From Octopus sinensis (lineage: Eukaryota): a DNA stretch of 64,000 bases. The position numbers were made by a program, and so were the translations under genes. This document shows positions 51,477-64,000 of this stretch, piece by piece. The stretch spans positions 85,932,001-85,996,000 of the forward strand of contig NC_042997.1 of NCBI RefSeq assembly GCF_006345805.1, read 5' to 3'. The notes beneath the pieces are model-generated. The model was not told where the DNA came from and made no database searches. It saw nothing but the letters and a program-made list of their open reading frames with translations. Position 1 is the stretch's first letter. Each line of letters begins with the position of its first letter.

Positions 51477-53429
51477 AGTACAGGTATAGAAAAGAGTTGA
51501 AAGTTACTTTGTGATGTAACATTATCATCGTTGTTTTGACATCCACTTTGCCATGCTTACATGAGTGAAGCAGAATTTGTTGCAACCAGATTCCCTTGTT
51601 GTAACATACTTTCTGCAGCCAACTCCAGCCTGCTTTCCTAGTAAGGTCACATTTCCCCACAACTAGACATGTTTTAACTGAAGATTGGAAGGGATGGGTA
51701 CTGCTTGCATAATGATGACACTGGTTTACTATCATGTGATGTCGAGACAAGGTGAGAGTACATACACACATATGTGTGTATGACAAGATTTCAGTTTCTG
51801 TCTGCCAAATCTACCCTCTAGGCTTTGGCTGGCCCAGGGCCGATAATAGTAGAAACTTGCTGAAGGTGCCACACAGTAGAACTGAACCCAAAACCACATG
51901 GTGGAAAGCAAGTTTCTTATCTCATAGCCACACCTTTGCCTGTTAACATGTAACATGAAGAGAAAAATACATTTGTTTAGTATTTTTCAACTGATGGTGA
52001 AATGAAAAATAAAAATAAAAAGGAAAATGAAATATGCCAAACCTGTAGCAAACATTAGCAGTAAACAACCTTTGAAATGGTTTTTGACATGCAGAAACAC
52101 AAAACCTCATGAGGAGACTGTCAGGGTGTGACATTCAAATCAAATAAAACTTCTGACAGATTAGATTTTCCAGACCATTGTTTTACTGCCTTGTGTCTTC
52201 TCTCTCTCTCTCTCTCTTCAACTCGACCTGACACTCACCTGATCTACTCAAGAAGGAAAAAAAATTGGGGGAAAAAATAAAAACGTTGTACAATTGTTCT
52301 GTTATCTTTTCATTTAACTTTCTGTGTGGAATATTATCCTGTGATCCTTTAGAAGATTAATGATTGTCATCAGATAATGTTGGAACCACTAGAGAAAATT
52401 GATTACATCAGAAAGTATAGACAATACTTTGGTTCAATTTTTATTATTAGTTTTTTTTCTTTTGTTCTTAAATTTCTTTATATGCTTGCATTTTAATAAA
52501 TCTTTGATTTATATATATAATTTTTTTTTTTTCAAATTTTCTTTCATTCTGACAATAATCAGAAGACATAGAGTTATTGTTTATCTTATTTTCTTTTTCT
52601 TAAGAGTCTTCGATCTTTCGTATCTTTTTTTTTTCTTGTTGAGATATTTTTTTATCATTCTAAGTTTTTTTTTTTTCATCTTTCCTGATGGAAAGTATAA
52701 TATTTGAATGCTGATAGTTATCATTTTCTTTTCATTTAGTTATATATTTTCTATAAATTTCATTAATATTTTTAGAATCCTTCTTTACCTTCTTTTACCA
52801 TCTTGAAGTGTCATTTCCATTTACTCAACTATTCTGAAGGATGAGAAAGTTCAAAAATCATATCAAGAGCTTTCTTTTACTTCTCTTTTACACGTCGCTA
52901 CAAGATTTTTTTTCATCTTCTCTAGTCTTTATTTCTCACTCTCTCTCTCTCTTCTTTATCTCCTCTCTCTCTCTCTCTCTCTCTAACACAAAAATATGCC
53001 TGGATCACTTAACAAACTACTTTAGTTAAATGAATCATACATTTTTTTCCAAAAAAAAACTTTTTATTTCACTTTTGGACATATGCATATGATTAAGTCA
53101 CGCATGCAGGCAAACTTGTACATTCATTCATTAGCATATATACACACACATAGGTGTGTGTGATTTATTTCAGTTGATCCAGTAGCATATTGCTTTGGAG
53201 TTTTTCCAACAGTTACTCAGTTTCCTACTAGTTTCCTACCAGTTACTCAGACAGGAGTGCATGTGTGTGTGTTTCTGTTGGTAATAAAGTAGGAGAAAAA
53301 GTACTTGATACCATAATATAATAATTTATTTCAGTTGATCCACTAGTATATTACTCTGACATTTCCTTGGCTTGCAATCAGTTCTTCAAGCAGGAAAAAA
53401 AAACTCTGAAATACACATATGTATAGAAC

Positions 53430-54035
53430 ATCATCATCATCGCTTCCAGTCTTTCGACACTTATCTGGTTTGGATATGGATCTTCTCTAGACCTTCATCT
53501 TTCCGCTTGTAGCCTTTCTTTATGAAATTGGTCTTCATTACATCTTCCTTGACCTTCTGCACCTGTAGAATCCTTTCACTTGAATTGCTTGACCATCTTT
53601 CCTTCTGTGCACTAAAGCTGATTTCCCTTAATTCAGAAGAAGTCAAACATCATGCAATCTTCCTTTCACATGTTATGGGAATCTCTTTGTTGCCAACAAA
53701 GGAAATGTTTTTATGTTTTTACTCTGGCTAACTGTGCTTCGAAAACACCATTCCTCAATTACAAAAATGACCAAACTACTTCTAAAGAGTCTTCAAACAT
53801 ATGAAACAATCACTTTCAAATGGTGTCATCACTGATAATTTTTCCTGTGCATTTTCTACACACTAAGTTTCTTTTGCTTACCTGCCTGCCTTTTATTTCA
53901 CTGCACTTGTCATACATCTTTAGTTTGCAGTGGGTACTCTGTATGGAATTCCTTTTCTGCATTAGAAGAAGCATGGTCACTTCCCATTTTACCAAGTCTG
54001 TCCTCCTGACTTTTGTCTTTGCTAGGTTTACTTTG
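53430..54035 (-). mobile_element. RTEX-like LINE 3' fragment with PHD-like insert and (GAT)n tail
   Basis: KVNLAKTKV...RNSIQSTHCKL...KCSEIKGR...LVCRKCTG; homologous to 14690-15765. Confidence 0.75.
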
Positions 54036-54063
54036 TGACCTTTGACTTCCATGTTTTGCTTTT

Positions 54064-54105
<42 letters not shown>

Positions 54106-54119
54106 TATATATAAATATA

Positions 54120-54900
54120 TACATATTGCTTTTGGACTTCCCATCAGTCTAAAGAAAACAAAGATCATGTTCTCTCAGCCACCAGGCCAACCCTATGTGG
54201 AACCTAACATCTTCATTCAGAGTACAAGGTTAGATATGGTTGACTCGTTTATCTACCTTGGTAGTGCTCTCTCTAGAGATGGATCCCTTGATTCTGAAAT
54301 AAAACTGAGAATTGAAAAAGCCAGCAAAGCATTTGGAAGATTTGAAAATCATTTGTGGTTTGATAGAGGTATCACCTTCTAAACCAAACTTAGTATCTAT
54401 GAATCTTGCACTTTAACGGTCCTCCTGTACTCTTCTGAGACATATTGGTGTCACATCAAGGCTTTAGAAAGATTCCATCAGACTTGCCTAAGGAGGATAC
54501 TAAACATCAAATGGAAGTCTTAAATACCATTGTTCTTCAGCAAGCTAACGCAGCCAGTATTGAAATGATCCTAATACGCTAACAGATCCGTTAGGTTGGG
54601 CACCTTGCTAGAATGCAGGATGACAAGGTTGCCAAAGCAGTTGTTTTACAAGGAGTTGCAGCATGGCAAATGTCCAAGATATAAACCCAAGAAATGTTTT
54701 AGGGATGCTGTCAAAAGCAACCTTAAAGCTCATAATATGAAAGTTGAAGATTGGGAGCAGATGATACAAGATCAATAGGTTTGGAAACAAATGATCTACA
54801 ATAGATGTAAAGCATTTGAAGCTTGAAGAATTGAACAATCTGTCTTGAAATGAGCACTTCATAGACAAGATTTAACTACAATCCCAGACACTTTTCTGCT
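54120..54900 (+). mobile_element. RTE/BovB-like LINE RT fragment
   Basis: AFGLPISLKKTKIMF, DSFIYLGSALSRDGSLDSEIKLRIEKASKAFGR, RLPKQLFYKELQHGKCPRYKPKK. Confidence 0.88.
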
Positions 54901-55004
54901 TAAAAATATTTGTCTGTCAAGAGCAGTATTTGCTAGTCGTATAAAATCTCACAGCAGTATTTATTAATTGAAGAGATGGCCTTCTTCTGTAAAGAAGTGG
55001 CAAT

Positions 55005-55049
<45 letters not shown>

Positions 55050-55077
55050 AAAAAGGAGATGTGGAACACGAGTTGTG

Positions 55078-55414
55078 ATATATAAAAAAGGAAATGAAGA
55101 AAATGCTGACAAAATAATTTAGGTAAGGGAGAGTGTATTTAATTAGGTGAAAGTTCTTTTTACCGGTTGCACATTTGTTATGCTTATCAAAAGATATTTT
55201 TTTAAGAGAGATAGAGTTCCTTTCTGATCGATTTTTTTCTCTTATCTGGAGAAAAAAATAAGAGAAAAAAAATCTATCAGAAAGGAACTCTATCTCTCTT
55301 AAAAAAATATCTTTTGATAAGCATAACAAATGCACAACCGGTAAAAAGAACTTTCACCTAATTAAATACACTCTCCCTTACTTTAATTATTTTGTCAGCA
55401 TTTTCTTCATTTCC

Positions 55415-55426
<12 letters not shown>
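55078..55426. repeat. Long near-perfect palindrome (about 168-bp arms, 12-nt spacer)
   Basis: 55078-55245 vs 55258-55426: about 5 substitutions and 2 one-base indels by eye. Confidence 0.95.
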
Positions 55427-55455
<29 letters not shown>

Positions 55456-55467
55456 AGCCAGGGTCTT

Positions 55468-55502
<35 letters not shown>

Positions 55503-55754
55503 CCTTGCCCACCCCCACCACCAATACCGGATATCTCTATATTTTTGTTCCATCTATACCGGATGTCGCTTCTCCCACCACCATTATAGGTGTCTACTCT
55601 TCGAACCCCCCTCTTCAACACGCTATTTCACCATGCATTACCCCTCTCTTGATATCCTACGTTCTACTTGCCTAGAACCTGTCATCATTTCTCTGAACCA
55701 CCCCTCCCCACTGGTGCTCCCCTATATATTTCTATACCCCCCCCCCCCCCCACA

Positions 55755-55997
55755 TAAAAAGCACCATCCGAACTTGGCCGATGCCATACCCCTCTGGCAC
55801 CTGTGCAGGTGGCACGTAAAAAACACCCACTACACTCGCGGAGTGGTTGGCGTTAGGAAGGGCATCCAGCTGTAGAAACACTGCCAGACTAGACTGGAGC
55901 CTGGGGCAGTCCCGAGCTCCCCAGACCCCGGTCGAAACCGTCCAACCCGTGCTAGCGCGGAAAACGGACGTTAAACGCTGATGATGATGATGATGAT
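55755..55997 (+). mobile_element. Young SINE family D copy
   Basis: CpG-rich gagtggttggcgttaggaagggcatccagctgtagaaac...gcgcggaaaacggacgttaaacgc(tga)n. Confidence 0.9.
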
Positions 55998-56009
55998 ATA
56001 TATATATAT

Positions 56010-56137
56010 AAAATTCTCATACAAGAATCTTGTTGATAGTGACTTCAAAGTTTCAGCCATTTAAGCCATCGTTGGACAATGGCTTAGTTGACTAAAACTT
56101 TGAAGTCACCGTCAAAAACAGTTTCGTATAAGAATTA
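56010..56137. mobile_element. Short hairpin MITE
   Basis: gtgacttcaaagttt...aagccat / atggctt...aaactttgaagtcac, about 3-nt loop; related copy at 57179-57320. Confidence 0.8.
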
Positions 56138-57178
56138 TAATTTTGTACTTTACAAAAGCATAGAATAACCCATCAGATTAATGTCAAATTGTTTTTATTA
56201 TAACTGAATATTATATATATATATACACATACACACACACACACACATATCTGTATATGTTTTGCTTACGTTCATTTTTGTCCAAGTAGATTTCACCTAT
56301 TCCCTGTCCAAGTCCCATAAAATAAATGTCAGACAAAGTAGTGAGTAGGTGATGGAGTTGGTGTAATCAATAAAAAAGAGGGAAAAAAAACATTGAGGGT
56401 AGTGTTATGGTATAGCCACAGTTCAATGAATGAAACTAGTTAAAAAAATAAACAAATCCTGCTTCATGTAAGGATGTTTAGGCGGTGGGTGGAGGAAGTT
56501 GAAATGAAATGAAGTAGACAAACAGACAAATAAAAAAACAAACAAAGGGAATAAAGGAAATGGTGGTGGGGTAATGAAAGGGAAATGGTAATAAAAGAAA
56601 TGTTATGAATAACAGATTGGCTTTCTATAAATATGTTATCAGAAAGGTTATCATAAATACAAAATGAAAGCAGATTAGATTGCAAAATATTCATTCACAC
56701 AAACATGAATGCACACCTTTATTATTTGTTTAGGTGTGGGTGTATGTAGGTATGTTACGTGTAAGTATGTGTGTGTGGGGGGGGGGGTTCTATGTATTTA
56801 TAAGTGAAAAAAAAATAATAAACAGAATCCAAGGAGACTGGTGGTAAGTCTGCATTGGAAAAAATTGTATTTATTAGTATGAAAGGAAAATTACTCAAGT
56901 TGATATATAATCTTGGGAACAAATCAAATATGTGTATGTGTGTGTACACACTCTCACATGCATACAAATACACATGTATACTTAAGCATATATCCTCATA
57001 TATATAATGTAGTACTGTGATAAAAAGATCAACAAAAAAGTACTCCATCTGGTGATATATATATGTATATTCATATGAGAGAGATAGGTGTGTTGTTTGT
57101 TTTTATAGTCAGTTATAATAAAAACAATTTTACATTAATTCGATGAGTTACTCTATACTTTTGTAGAGAAAGAATTTA

Positions 57179-57320
57179 TTATTCTTAAAAATATTATTGA
57201 AATATTGACAGACAGTGACTTCGAAGTTTTGGCCAGTTAAACCATTGTTGGACAGTTTGCCATGGCTCATCTGGCCAAAACTTCAAAGTCACTGTCAATA
57301 ATATTCTTGTTTAAGAACAT
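57179..57320. mobile_element. Second copy of the 56010 hairpin MITE
   Basis: gacagtgacttcgaagttttggccag / ctggccaaaacttcaaagtcactgtc. Confidence 0.78.
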
Positions 57321-57519
57321 ATATATTATTCATATTTAGTGATGCATACTTACATAAACATAAAGGTATATAGATTAATATTAGTATGTGCAGAGTAGCT
57401 TGTATGATACACATGCCTTGGCTACAAAGTTTTTCCCAAACCAATTTCTGTTTAGAAACAAAACACAATAATGTAATAAAGCTTTAATAATTTTTTTATC
57501 GTATATTAACATAGATGCA

Positions 57520-57750
57520 GGCATGGCTGTGTGGTAAAAAGCTTATTTTCCAACCACATGGTTCAGGGTTCAGTCTCTGTGTGTGACACCTTGGGCAAAT
57601 GTCTCCTACTATGGCCCCAGGCCAACCAAAACCTTGTGAGTGGATTTGGTAGAGGGACTCTGAAAGAAGCTCATTATATATATATAATAAGTGTGTATCT
57701 TTGTGTCTGTATTTGTTCTTCACCACTGCTTGTCAACCGGTGATGACTGA
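57520..57750 (+). mobile_element. CORE-like SINE (family B)
   Basis: ggctgtgtggtaaaaagc...gtgtgacaccttgggcaaatgtc...gtgagtggatttggtaga. Confidence 0.85.
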
Positions 57751-59241
57751 TACAAGTAAAAGATATTTTATATAAAATGAAATATTAAAAACTTATTTTG
57801 TTTTATAGTGTATATATATATATATATATATATAGATGTCCACTCTGCTGTTAGGAAGAGCATCCAGCTGTAAAATTCCTGCCAAAACATTCACAGAAGT
57901 CTGGTGCAGGCTTCTGCCTGACCGGCTCTTGTAAAACTGTCCCACCCATGTAAGCATCAACAACGATGATGATATCTATTGTGTATTAATGAGTTTTGTT
58001 GTTGTGTGTGTTTGTTCATTTATGTTTATTCATTTGTTGTTTCGTTAATGATAATTTGTTTGTTGTATATTTTATATATTTTTGTAATAATATATTGTAG
58101 AAAAAATACAAAAAACAAAACAAGACAAGATGAGAATGAGTAAAGAATGAAAATAAAAATGGTGGACAGAATCAATCATAATAGGATATTCTTGGAATAA
58201 TTTCTTAAAATTGAATAACTTTGTATGTCAAAGGGAGATGTGCCTGGCCCAAAATATTAAAAATAACCTTACATCACGCTACAAGACCTTATTGAATTTA
58301 TGGAATTTTATTAACTTATTTGTGAAAAAGATGAACTCCAGCAATATTTTTTCTCCTTTTTTTTGTTGTTATTTTTTTAATGATTTTGTCAGAAGACAAA
58401 CAACAGTGCCCATAACCTTCCTCTATCCTGTGAGACTGGATCCACTTGGGAATGGTGGAAAAATAGTACATTGCATGGACTGCTGCTGTAAGAATCAGCA
58501 GCAGCATCCTCTGACTTGGGGATGTGGTCTAAATATTGACAACAGAATGGTCTCTGCCAAAGGCTATAAGCACTTAAAGCAGTCAGTTAATGTACACACC
58601 AATAGGTGGAGACATGGCTGTATGATTAAGAAGCTTGCTATCCAACCATATGGTCTTGGGTTCATTCCCACCGCTTGGCACCTTGGGCAAATGCCCTCTA
58701 TTGTAATCTTGAATCAAACAAAGCCTTGTGAATGGATTAGGTATGAAAACTGAAAAAAGCCCATTGTGTATTTATTTGTGTGTGTCTGTTTGCACCCTTA
58801 TCTAGATGCCACATGATGGTCGTAAACGAGCATCATTGTCATACAAGTGAGCTTGTTTGTTTCCAGTTTTCTGTGAAAAACATATTTGATTATGGGAAAA
58901 TATTATCTTGCTTGAAAACAGGTAAAACATAGAAAATCTGCTTCAATATGGGGCAAGTATTACCATGGTTGGAAACAGGTATGGGTTGGCAATAGAAAGG
59001 GCATCTGGACATAAAAAATGTGCTTCAGCAAATTCCATCAGACCCATGCAAGCATGGAAAATTAGATGTTAAATTATGATGATGACTTGAAAGATTCTTT
59101 GATTAAAATACTAGTGTGCATAATATATGTAATGTATATGCAAATATGGAATGGCACTAGCTGTAATATATTGTCTCAGAGAAACATCTTGAAGAGACTT
59201 GTATGCTAAAAGACACAGAGCCTTGCTCAGAATGCTTGTAG

Positions 59242-59289
59242 ATTTGCCGGACATTGTTTTAGCTTGATTAGGTCTCCTTAGTGACAAAT
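59242..59289 (-). ncRNA. Inactivated hammerhead motif, inverted twin of 59412-59457
   Basis: AUUUGUCA CUAAGGA GACC-UAAUCA-AGCU AAAA CAAUGU C CGGCAAAU; core G5 and G12 lost. Confidence 0.5.
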
Positions 59290-59411
59290 ACCCTGAATGT
59301 TCTGGACTAAGCCAATAATATTAGTTCTGACATGATAACCAAAATTGCTTTGTTTACTGATTTCTATATTGGATCATGCATTGTTGACTTCATTCAGAAC
59401 GTCTGGGGTAT

Positions 59412-59457
59412 TTGTCACTGAGGAGACCTAATCAGATTGAAATACCATGTCTGGTAA
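59412..59457 (+). ncRNA. Degenerate type I hammerhead ribozyme motif (GUC cleavage triplet)
   Basis: UUGUCA CUGAGGA GACC-UAAUCA-GAUU GAA AUA-CCA-UGU C UGGUAA; core intact, stem II has one mismatch and a G-U closing pair. Confidence 0.6.
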
Positions 59458-59639
59458 TTCACCAGCATTCTGAGTAAAGCTCTACATTTTTAACAAGCAA
59501 TTGTCTTTGAGATGTCTTTCCAAGACAAAATATTACAGTTTGTACTGTATATTCTATACATGTTATAAATGTAATACACTCTAGTATTTTAACCTAAAGC
59601 AATATTTCTTGTAGAGAGTTGGTCTGTGACAGGTAAATA

Positions 59640-60222
59640 GCAATGTTTTTTTTTTTTAAATAAGATGGTTTTAAGGTTTCTAAAATTATTTAGCATCATT
59701 ATTTTTCAATTTACCGATTTGAACTATGTGAGTCAATATTGTTTGCTTGCTAATACCAAACAACAACGATAATTCACGGGCACTTTGAGATGGATCTGAC
59801 TCAATAGTGGCTTTCAGTTTGTCAATATCCACCTTTGTTTCTGGTCGACCATGTTGCTCATTTGTGAGGTCAAAGTTACCAGAACGAAATTTTGCAAACC
59901 AGTTTGATACTGTCTGCTGTGTAATAACATTAGAATGAAATACTTCATTAATATTCCAAGCGGTCTGTGATGCTGTATTTCTCAGAAAGAACTCATATTT
60001 CAAAACTGTATAAATTTCCAACTTATCCGTCTCTAAACAAAAATAGCAAAAAACAAATTATAAATACTTTATAAAATGCAAAATGAGTTAGAATAATGAA
60101 ATAGATGTGTCAGTTTTCCAACAAAAAATAATTGTTGTCAAAATATAATAATGGCACAAAATGAGCAGCTGTTAAAGTTTACCATGTACCTTACTACAAA
60201 TTTCATGCTTGACGACCTAATA
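59640..60222 (-). mobile_element. Mariner 5' fragment (HTH DNA-binding region) with one TIR
   Basis: YEFFLRNTASQTAWNINEVF...TVSNWFAKFRSGNFDLTNEQHGRP; end tattaggtcgtcaagcatgaaa resembles mariner TIRs. Confidence 0.85.
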
Positions 60223-60434
60223 ATTGACAACAATCACACAACTGTGTGGTTGAAAAGTTCACTTTGCAACCACATAGTTTTCTGTTCAGTCCCACTGCAT
60301 GGTACCCTAGGCAAACATCTTCTATTGTAGAACCAGGCTGACCTAATCCTTGTGAATGGATTTGATACATGGAAACTGAGGCTCACACATGTACTTTATT
60401 TTCCTTGATACAATTGCACTTCTCCAAAAATTGG

Positions 60435-60640
60435 TTTCAAATGTAGGCACAAGGCCAGCAATTTAGGAGGAAGGAGTTACGTCAATTACATTGGCACTAA
60501 TACTCAGCTGATACTTAATTTTACTCTAAAAGGATGAAAATTAAAGTCAACCTCAGCAGAATTTGAACTCAGGCTGTAAAAACAGACAAAATGCCACTTA
60601 GCAGAATTATAAACATGCTAACAATTCTGCTAATTCCTCA
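60435..60640 (-). mobile_element. SINE family A
   Basis: ggcacaaggccagcaattt...aagtcaacctcagcagaatttgaactcag. Confidence 0.8.
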
Positions 60641-61589
60641 AAATTGCAGTGACATTGTTGTCATTTCTGTTGTCAGCAAATCATCTGCTGGATTTGCATC
60701 TTTAAAGATTTGGAGATAAGTGATCCCTTACTTGAGAAACATGTAAGGCTTGTTTATAAGAAGAGCATCTGGTTGTGCCTGAAAAAATAAACCTGTCTAA
60801 CCCATGCTAGCATCAATTAAACAGACATAAAACTAACAAATAGGTGAACAATGACATGCATACACATGCTCACACACACACATATGAACTCAAAAGCTCA
60901 TATACACTCACACATACATGCACTCACACTCACACTTATGCACACTCACACTGTGGCTACCAACCGTTGACTTTCTGCCCAGTCAAGAAGAAATCAATAT
61001 TATTGAGTGGTAAGATAAAGGGAAGGTCAATATACAAGCCGCAATAATTTTGCAGCGAACATGGTGTGTGGGTTTGGATGAATGTTTGTTAAGAAGCAAA
61101 CCTTTTGGTTTATTTATACTGCCTATCCAACAGAACGATTTGCCGTAGATAATAGAAAATATATATATGTAAAATGGAAAAAAAGAGAAAATGCTATTTA
61201 TAAATCATATCTGGCTTAAAACATTCATTAGATTTTCTCATTATTTTGTTCTCTACAAACATGAAGTTTAATATACGCTTATATCTCTGTTGTGGGTGGG
61301 TGGGTATGTATGTGTGATTGATAGAATAAGCACCAGGCTTAGAAAATAAATAAGTACAGGGATCAATTTATTTGATTAAATTTTTCAAGGTGCTGCCCCA
61401 GTATCTCTGCAGTTCAATGACTGAAGCAAGTACAAAATAAAAAGTTCTTGTAGGCTCATGGGCACTGGTGTCATGTATAAGTGCCAGTGCCACATAAGTG
61501 CACTCAATACACTATGTAAAGTGTTGGCAATAGAAAAGGCATCTAGCTGTAGAAACCATGCTGAAACACATGAATCTCAGGCAGCTTCT

Positions 61590-61818
61590 TATTTCTTTAC
61601 TGCCCACAAGGGGCTACACACAGAGGTGACAAACAAGGACAGACATGGATTAAGTCGATTATATTGACCCCAGTGCGTAACTGGTACTTATTTAATTGAC
61701 CCCGAAAGGGGAAAGTCAAAGTAAACCTTGGCGGAATTTGAACTCAGAATAAAGCAACAGACAAAATACCACTAAGCATTTCGCCCTGCGTGCTAACATT
61801 TCTGCCAGCTCGCCTCCT
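61590..61818 (-). mobile_element. SINE family A, same subfamily as 9196-9424
   Basis: tatttctttactgcccacaaggggctacacacagag...ctgccagctcgcc. Confidence 0.88.
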
Positions 61819-62264
61819 TCTCAGTCAGCTTCTGTCAAACCATCCAACCTATGCTAGCATAGAAAAACAGACATTAAATGATGATGATTATCTATATACA
61901 CATGCACGCACACACACACACACACACACATGCACACATAAAAATACACAAATACAAGCATATAGGTTTCATCATCATCATCCCTCACCCTTGTCATTTT
62001 ACATCAGTTTTTCCATGTTGGAAAGGGCTTGGTTGGATTGTCATGCTCCATGTAATATTATTGCTGTTTACATTTTACTCTATCGACTGTGAACTTTAAT
62101 CATGCTACCAGTACCAGCAACATTGTTCCATGAAAGAAGACATAAAAAATATCTACCCTGTATCAGTTCTTATTTAGACTGACTTCACTCCTAGAAAAGT
62201 AACTGGTGATTCAGCCTTCTCTGTCTTGTCTTGCTCATATATATATTGTGTATATGTGTGTGTG

Positions 62265-62595
62265 TGTAAGGGATAAAGACCCCCTTCAATCATGAATGAC
62301 CATGGCATTGCACCTAGAAAGTTCCCCTCCAAGGCTATTTATGGAAGATCAACAGTTGCTCATTCATACCCACCATCCATTTCCATGCCACTGATGTTAA
62401 CCAAGGGAAAAGCAAAGGCCTATACAGTTTGTTGGCACTAGTAACATCACAACTCATTACTACAGCTGAGAAAACTGGAGCAACATGAAATAAAGTGTCT
62501 TGCTCAAGAAAACACCACACAGCCCAGTCTGGGAATCAGACTCACTACTTCATGATTACGAGCCCAGTGCTCTAACCACTGAACCATGCACTTTC
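62265..62595 (-). mobile_element. tRNA-derived SINE (family E)
   Basis: aagggataaagaccccc...gcacctagaaagttcccc...ctgggaatcagactcactac...taaccactgaaccatgc. Confidence 0.85.
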
Positions 62596-62861
62596 AAGCA
62601 CACACACACACATGAAAAAAAATCTCATATCTGCTCAGTGCTGCACCCAGTCAGATTCTCAGATGTATTTCTAGCTCTTTAGCTATTATCAATGGGAAAT
62701 ATTGAAGAGAAGGGCTTACACCTTTTACTATAAGAGAATTATTTTTCTCTCCACTGTAACTACTGTGAATTTATCTTTAAAGTTGAAATATGTCACAAAC
62801 ATATTTTAACTAACCTAAAGTTCACTTATGCCTAAACACTGTTTGGTGTTCATACTGCTGA

Positions 62862-62895
<34 letters not shown>

Positions 62896-63064
62896 ATGTG
62901 TGTGTGTGTGTGTGTGTGTATCTCAGCATCATTTAACATCCACTTTTTCATGCTTATGAGGGTCACACAGAACGTGTTGAAGCAGATTTTCTGTTGCTGC
63001 TGGATACCTTTCTCGTCATCAACCCTCGCCTGTTCTCAAATGAAGTAGTATTTCTCCATGTCCT

Positions 63065-63290
63065 AGGGTGGTGAGCTGGCAGAATCACTAGTATACCAGA
63101 CAAAATGCTGAGCAACATTTCATTCGTTTTTACATTCTGAGTTCAAACTCTGCTGAGGTCAACTTTGTACTTCCATAAGTACCAGTACTCAACTTGTACT
63201 TCCATAAGTGCAAGTTGAGAACTGGGGTCAATGTAATCAACTTGTGCCCACCCCTGAAATTGCTGGCGTTGTGCCAAAATGTGAAACCAA
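63065..63290 (+). mobile_element. SINE family A with short internal duplication
   Basis: ggtggtgagctggcagaatc...gagttcaaactctgctgaggtcaact; (aact)tgtacttccataagt repeated. Confidence 0.8.
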
Positions 63291-63684
63291 TATTTCTCCA
63301 TGCCCTGATATGCTTTCACAGAAGATTGGAAATATATGATACCTCCTGAATGATGTCAATGTATGAAACTATCACATAATGTCAAGACAAACTATCACAA
63401 ATGCATGCATTCACGCAATTACATATACACGTACTACATGTGTGTGTGTGTGTGTCCATGTATTGCATTAATGCTTAATCACTATAAAAATATACTTGTT
63501 GAATTTAAAATCTCTATTATTTGGCATAGGATTAAATTAAACTCCAATATATTATTTCAATGCAATATCCATAACAACCATGTGTTTGCATAGAGTTTAA
63601 ATTGGCTAAAATAAATGTTCAGGGCAAAATATTTAAAAGAAAATACACACACATGCCTACACACACACATGCATACACACATGT

Positions 63685-64000
63685 ATATACTCTTTTACTT
63701 GTTTCAGTCATTAGACTACAGCTATGCTGGGGCATCACCTTGAGGAATTTTAGTCAAACTAGTTGACCTCAGTATTTATTTTCTTTTTAAGCCTAGTACT
63801 TATTATATTAGTCACTTTTGCCAAACTGCTAAGTTACAGGATTTAAAGACACCAACAAGGTGTTTTCAAGTGGTGGTGGGCAACAAACACTGACACAAAG
63901 ACATGTACACACACACACACACATGATGAGCTTCTGTCTCTTTTTGTCTACCAAATCTACTCACAAAGCCTTGGTCGGCCCAAGGTGCCATGGAGTGGGA
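63685..64000 (-). mobile_element. Long CORE-like SINE (family B), runs off the window end
   Basis: ctcttttacttgtttcagtcattagact...ctaccaaatctactcacaaagccttggtcggcccaaggtgccatg. Confidence 0.85.

Larger units (their letters stand above)
59161..59538. mobile_element. Inverted repeat (about 144-bp arms, 90-nt spacer) carrying outward-reading hammerhead-like motifs; putative Penelope-like pLTR pair
   Basis: 59161-59304 is the diverged reverse complement of 59395-59538 (ctgtaatat.../...atattacag). Confidence 0.72.

Noticed and set aside
58211-58753. 180-aa ORF
   Set aside because: Low-complexity N-terminus, C-terminus translated from a family-B SINE, no recognisable domain.

Overview
AT-rich, repeat-saturated metazoan genomic DNA. 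The SINE families, (TA/CA/CT/ATC)n load and LINE types look like octopus/coleoid cephalopod (recognition from memory, not a database result). I recognise no host protein-coding exon, rRNA, true tRNA or CRISPR array, and most ORFs in the track are microsatellite read-throughs. The window reads as a large intron or intergenic tract built from about five tRNA-derived SINE families, decayed RTE/BovB, RTEX and R4/Dong LINE fragments, three mariner remnants, one near-complete hAT with TIRs and an 8-bp TSD, and many MITEs/palindromes. The most notable signal is a set of type I hammerhead ribozyme folds: one apparently intact (minus 9540-9603) and a decayed inverted pair (59242-59289 and 59412-59457) whose consensus rebuilds a complete ribozyme. 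All sit at the inner ends of inverted repeats with about 90-nt spacers, the layout expected of Penelope-like pLTR derivatives. Also notable: an RTE LINE ending in three C2H2 fingers, a hAT resembling teleost GTF2IRD2/SPIN-type elements, a 168-bp-arm near-perfect palindrome, and a CpG-retaining promoter-like patch at 40.2-40.95 kb. SINE and fragment boundaries are approximate unless a TSD or TIR is quoted.
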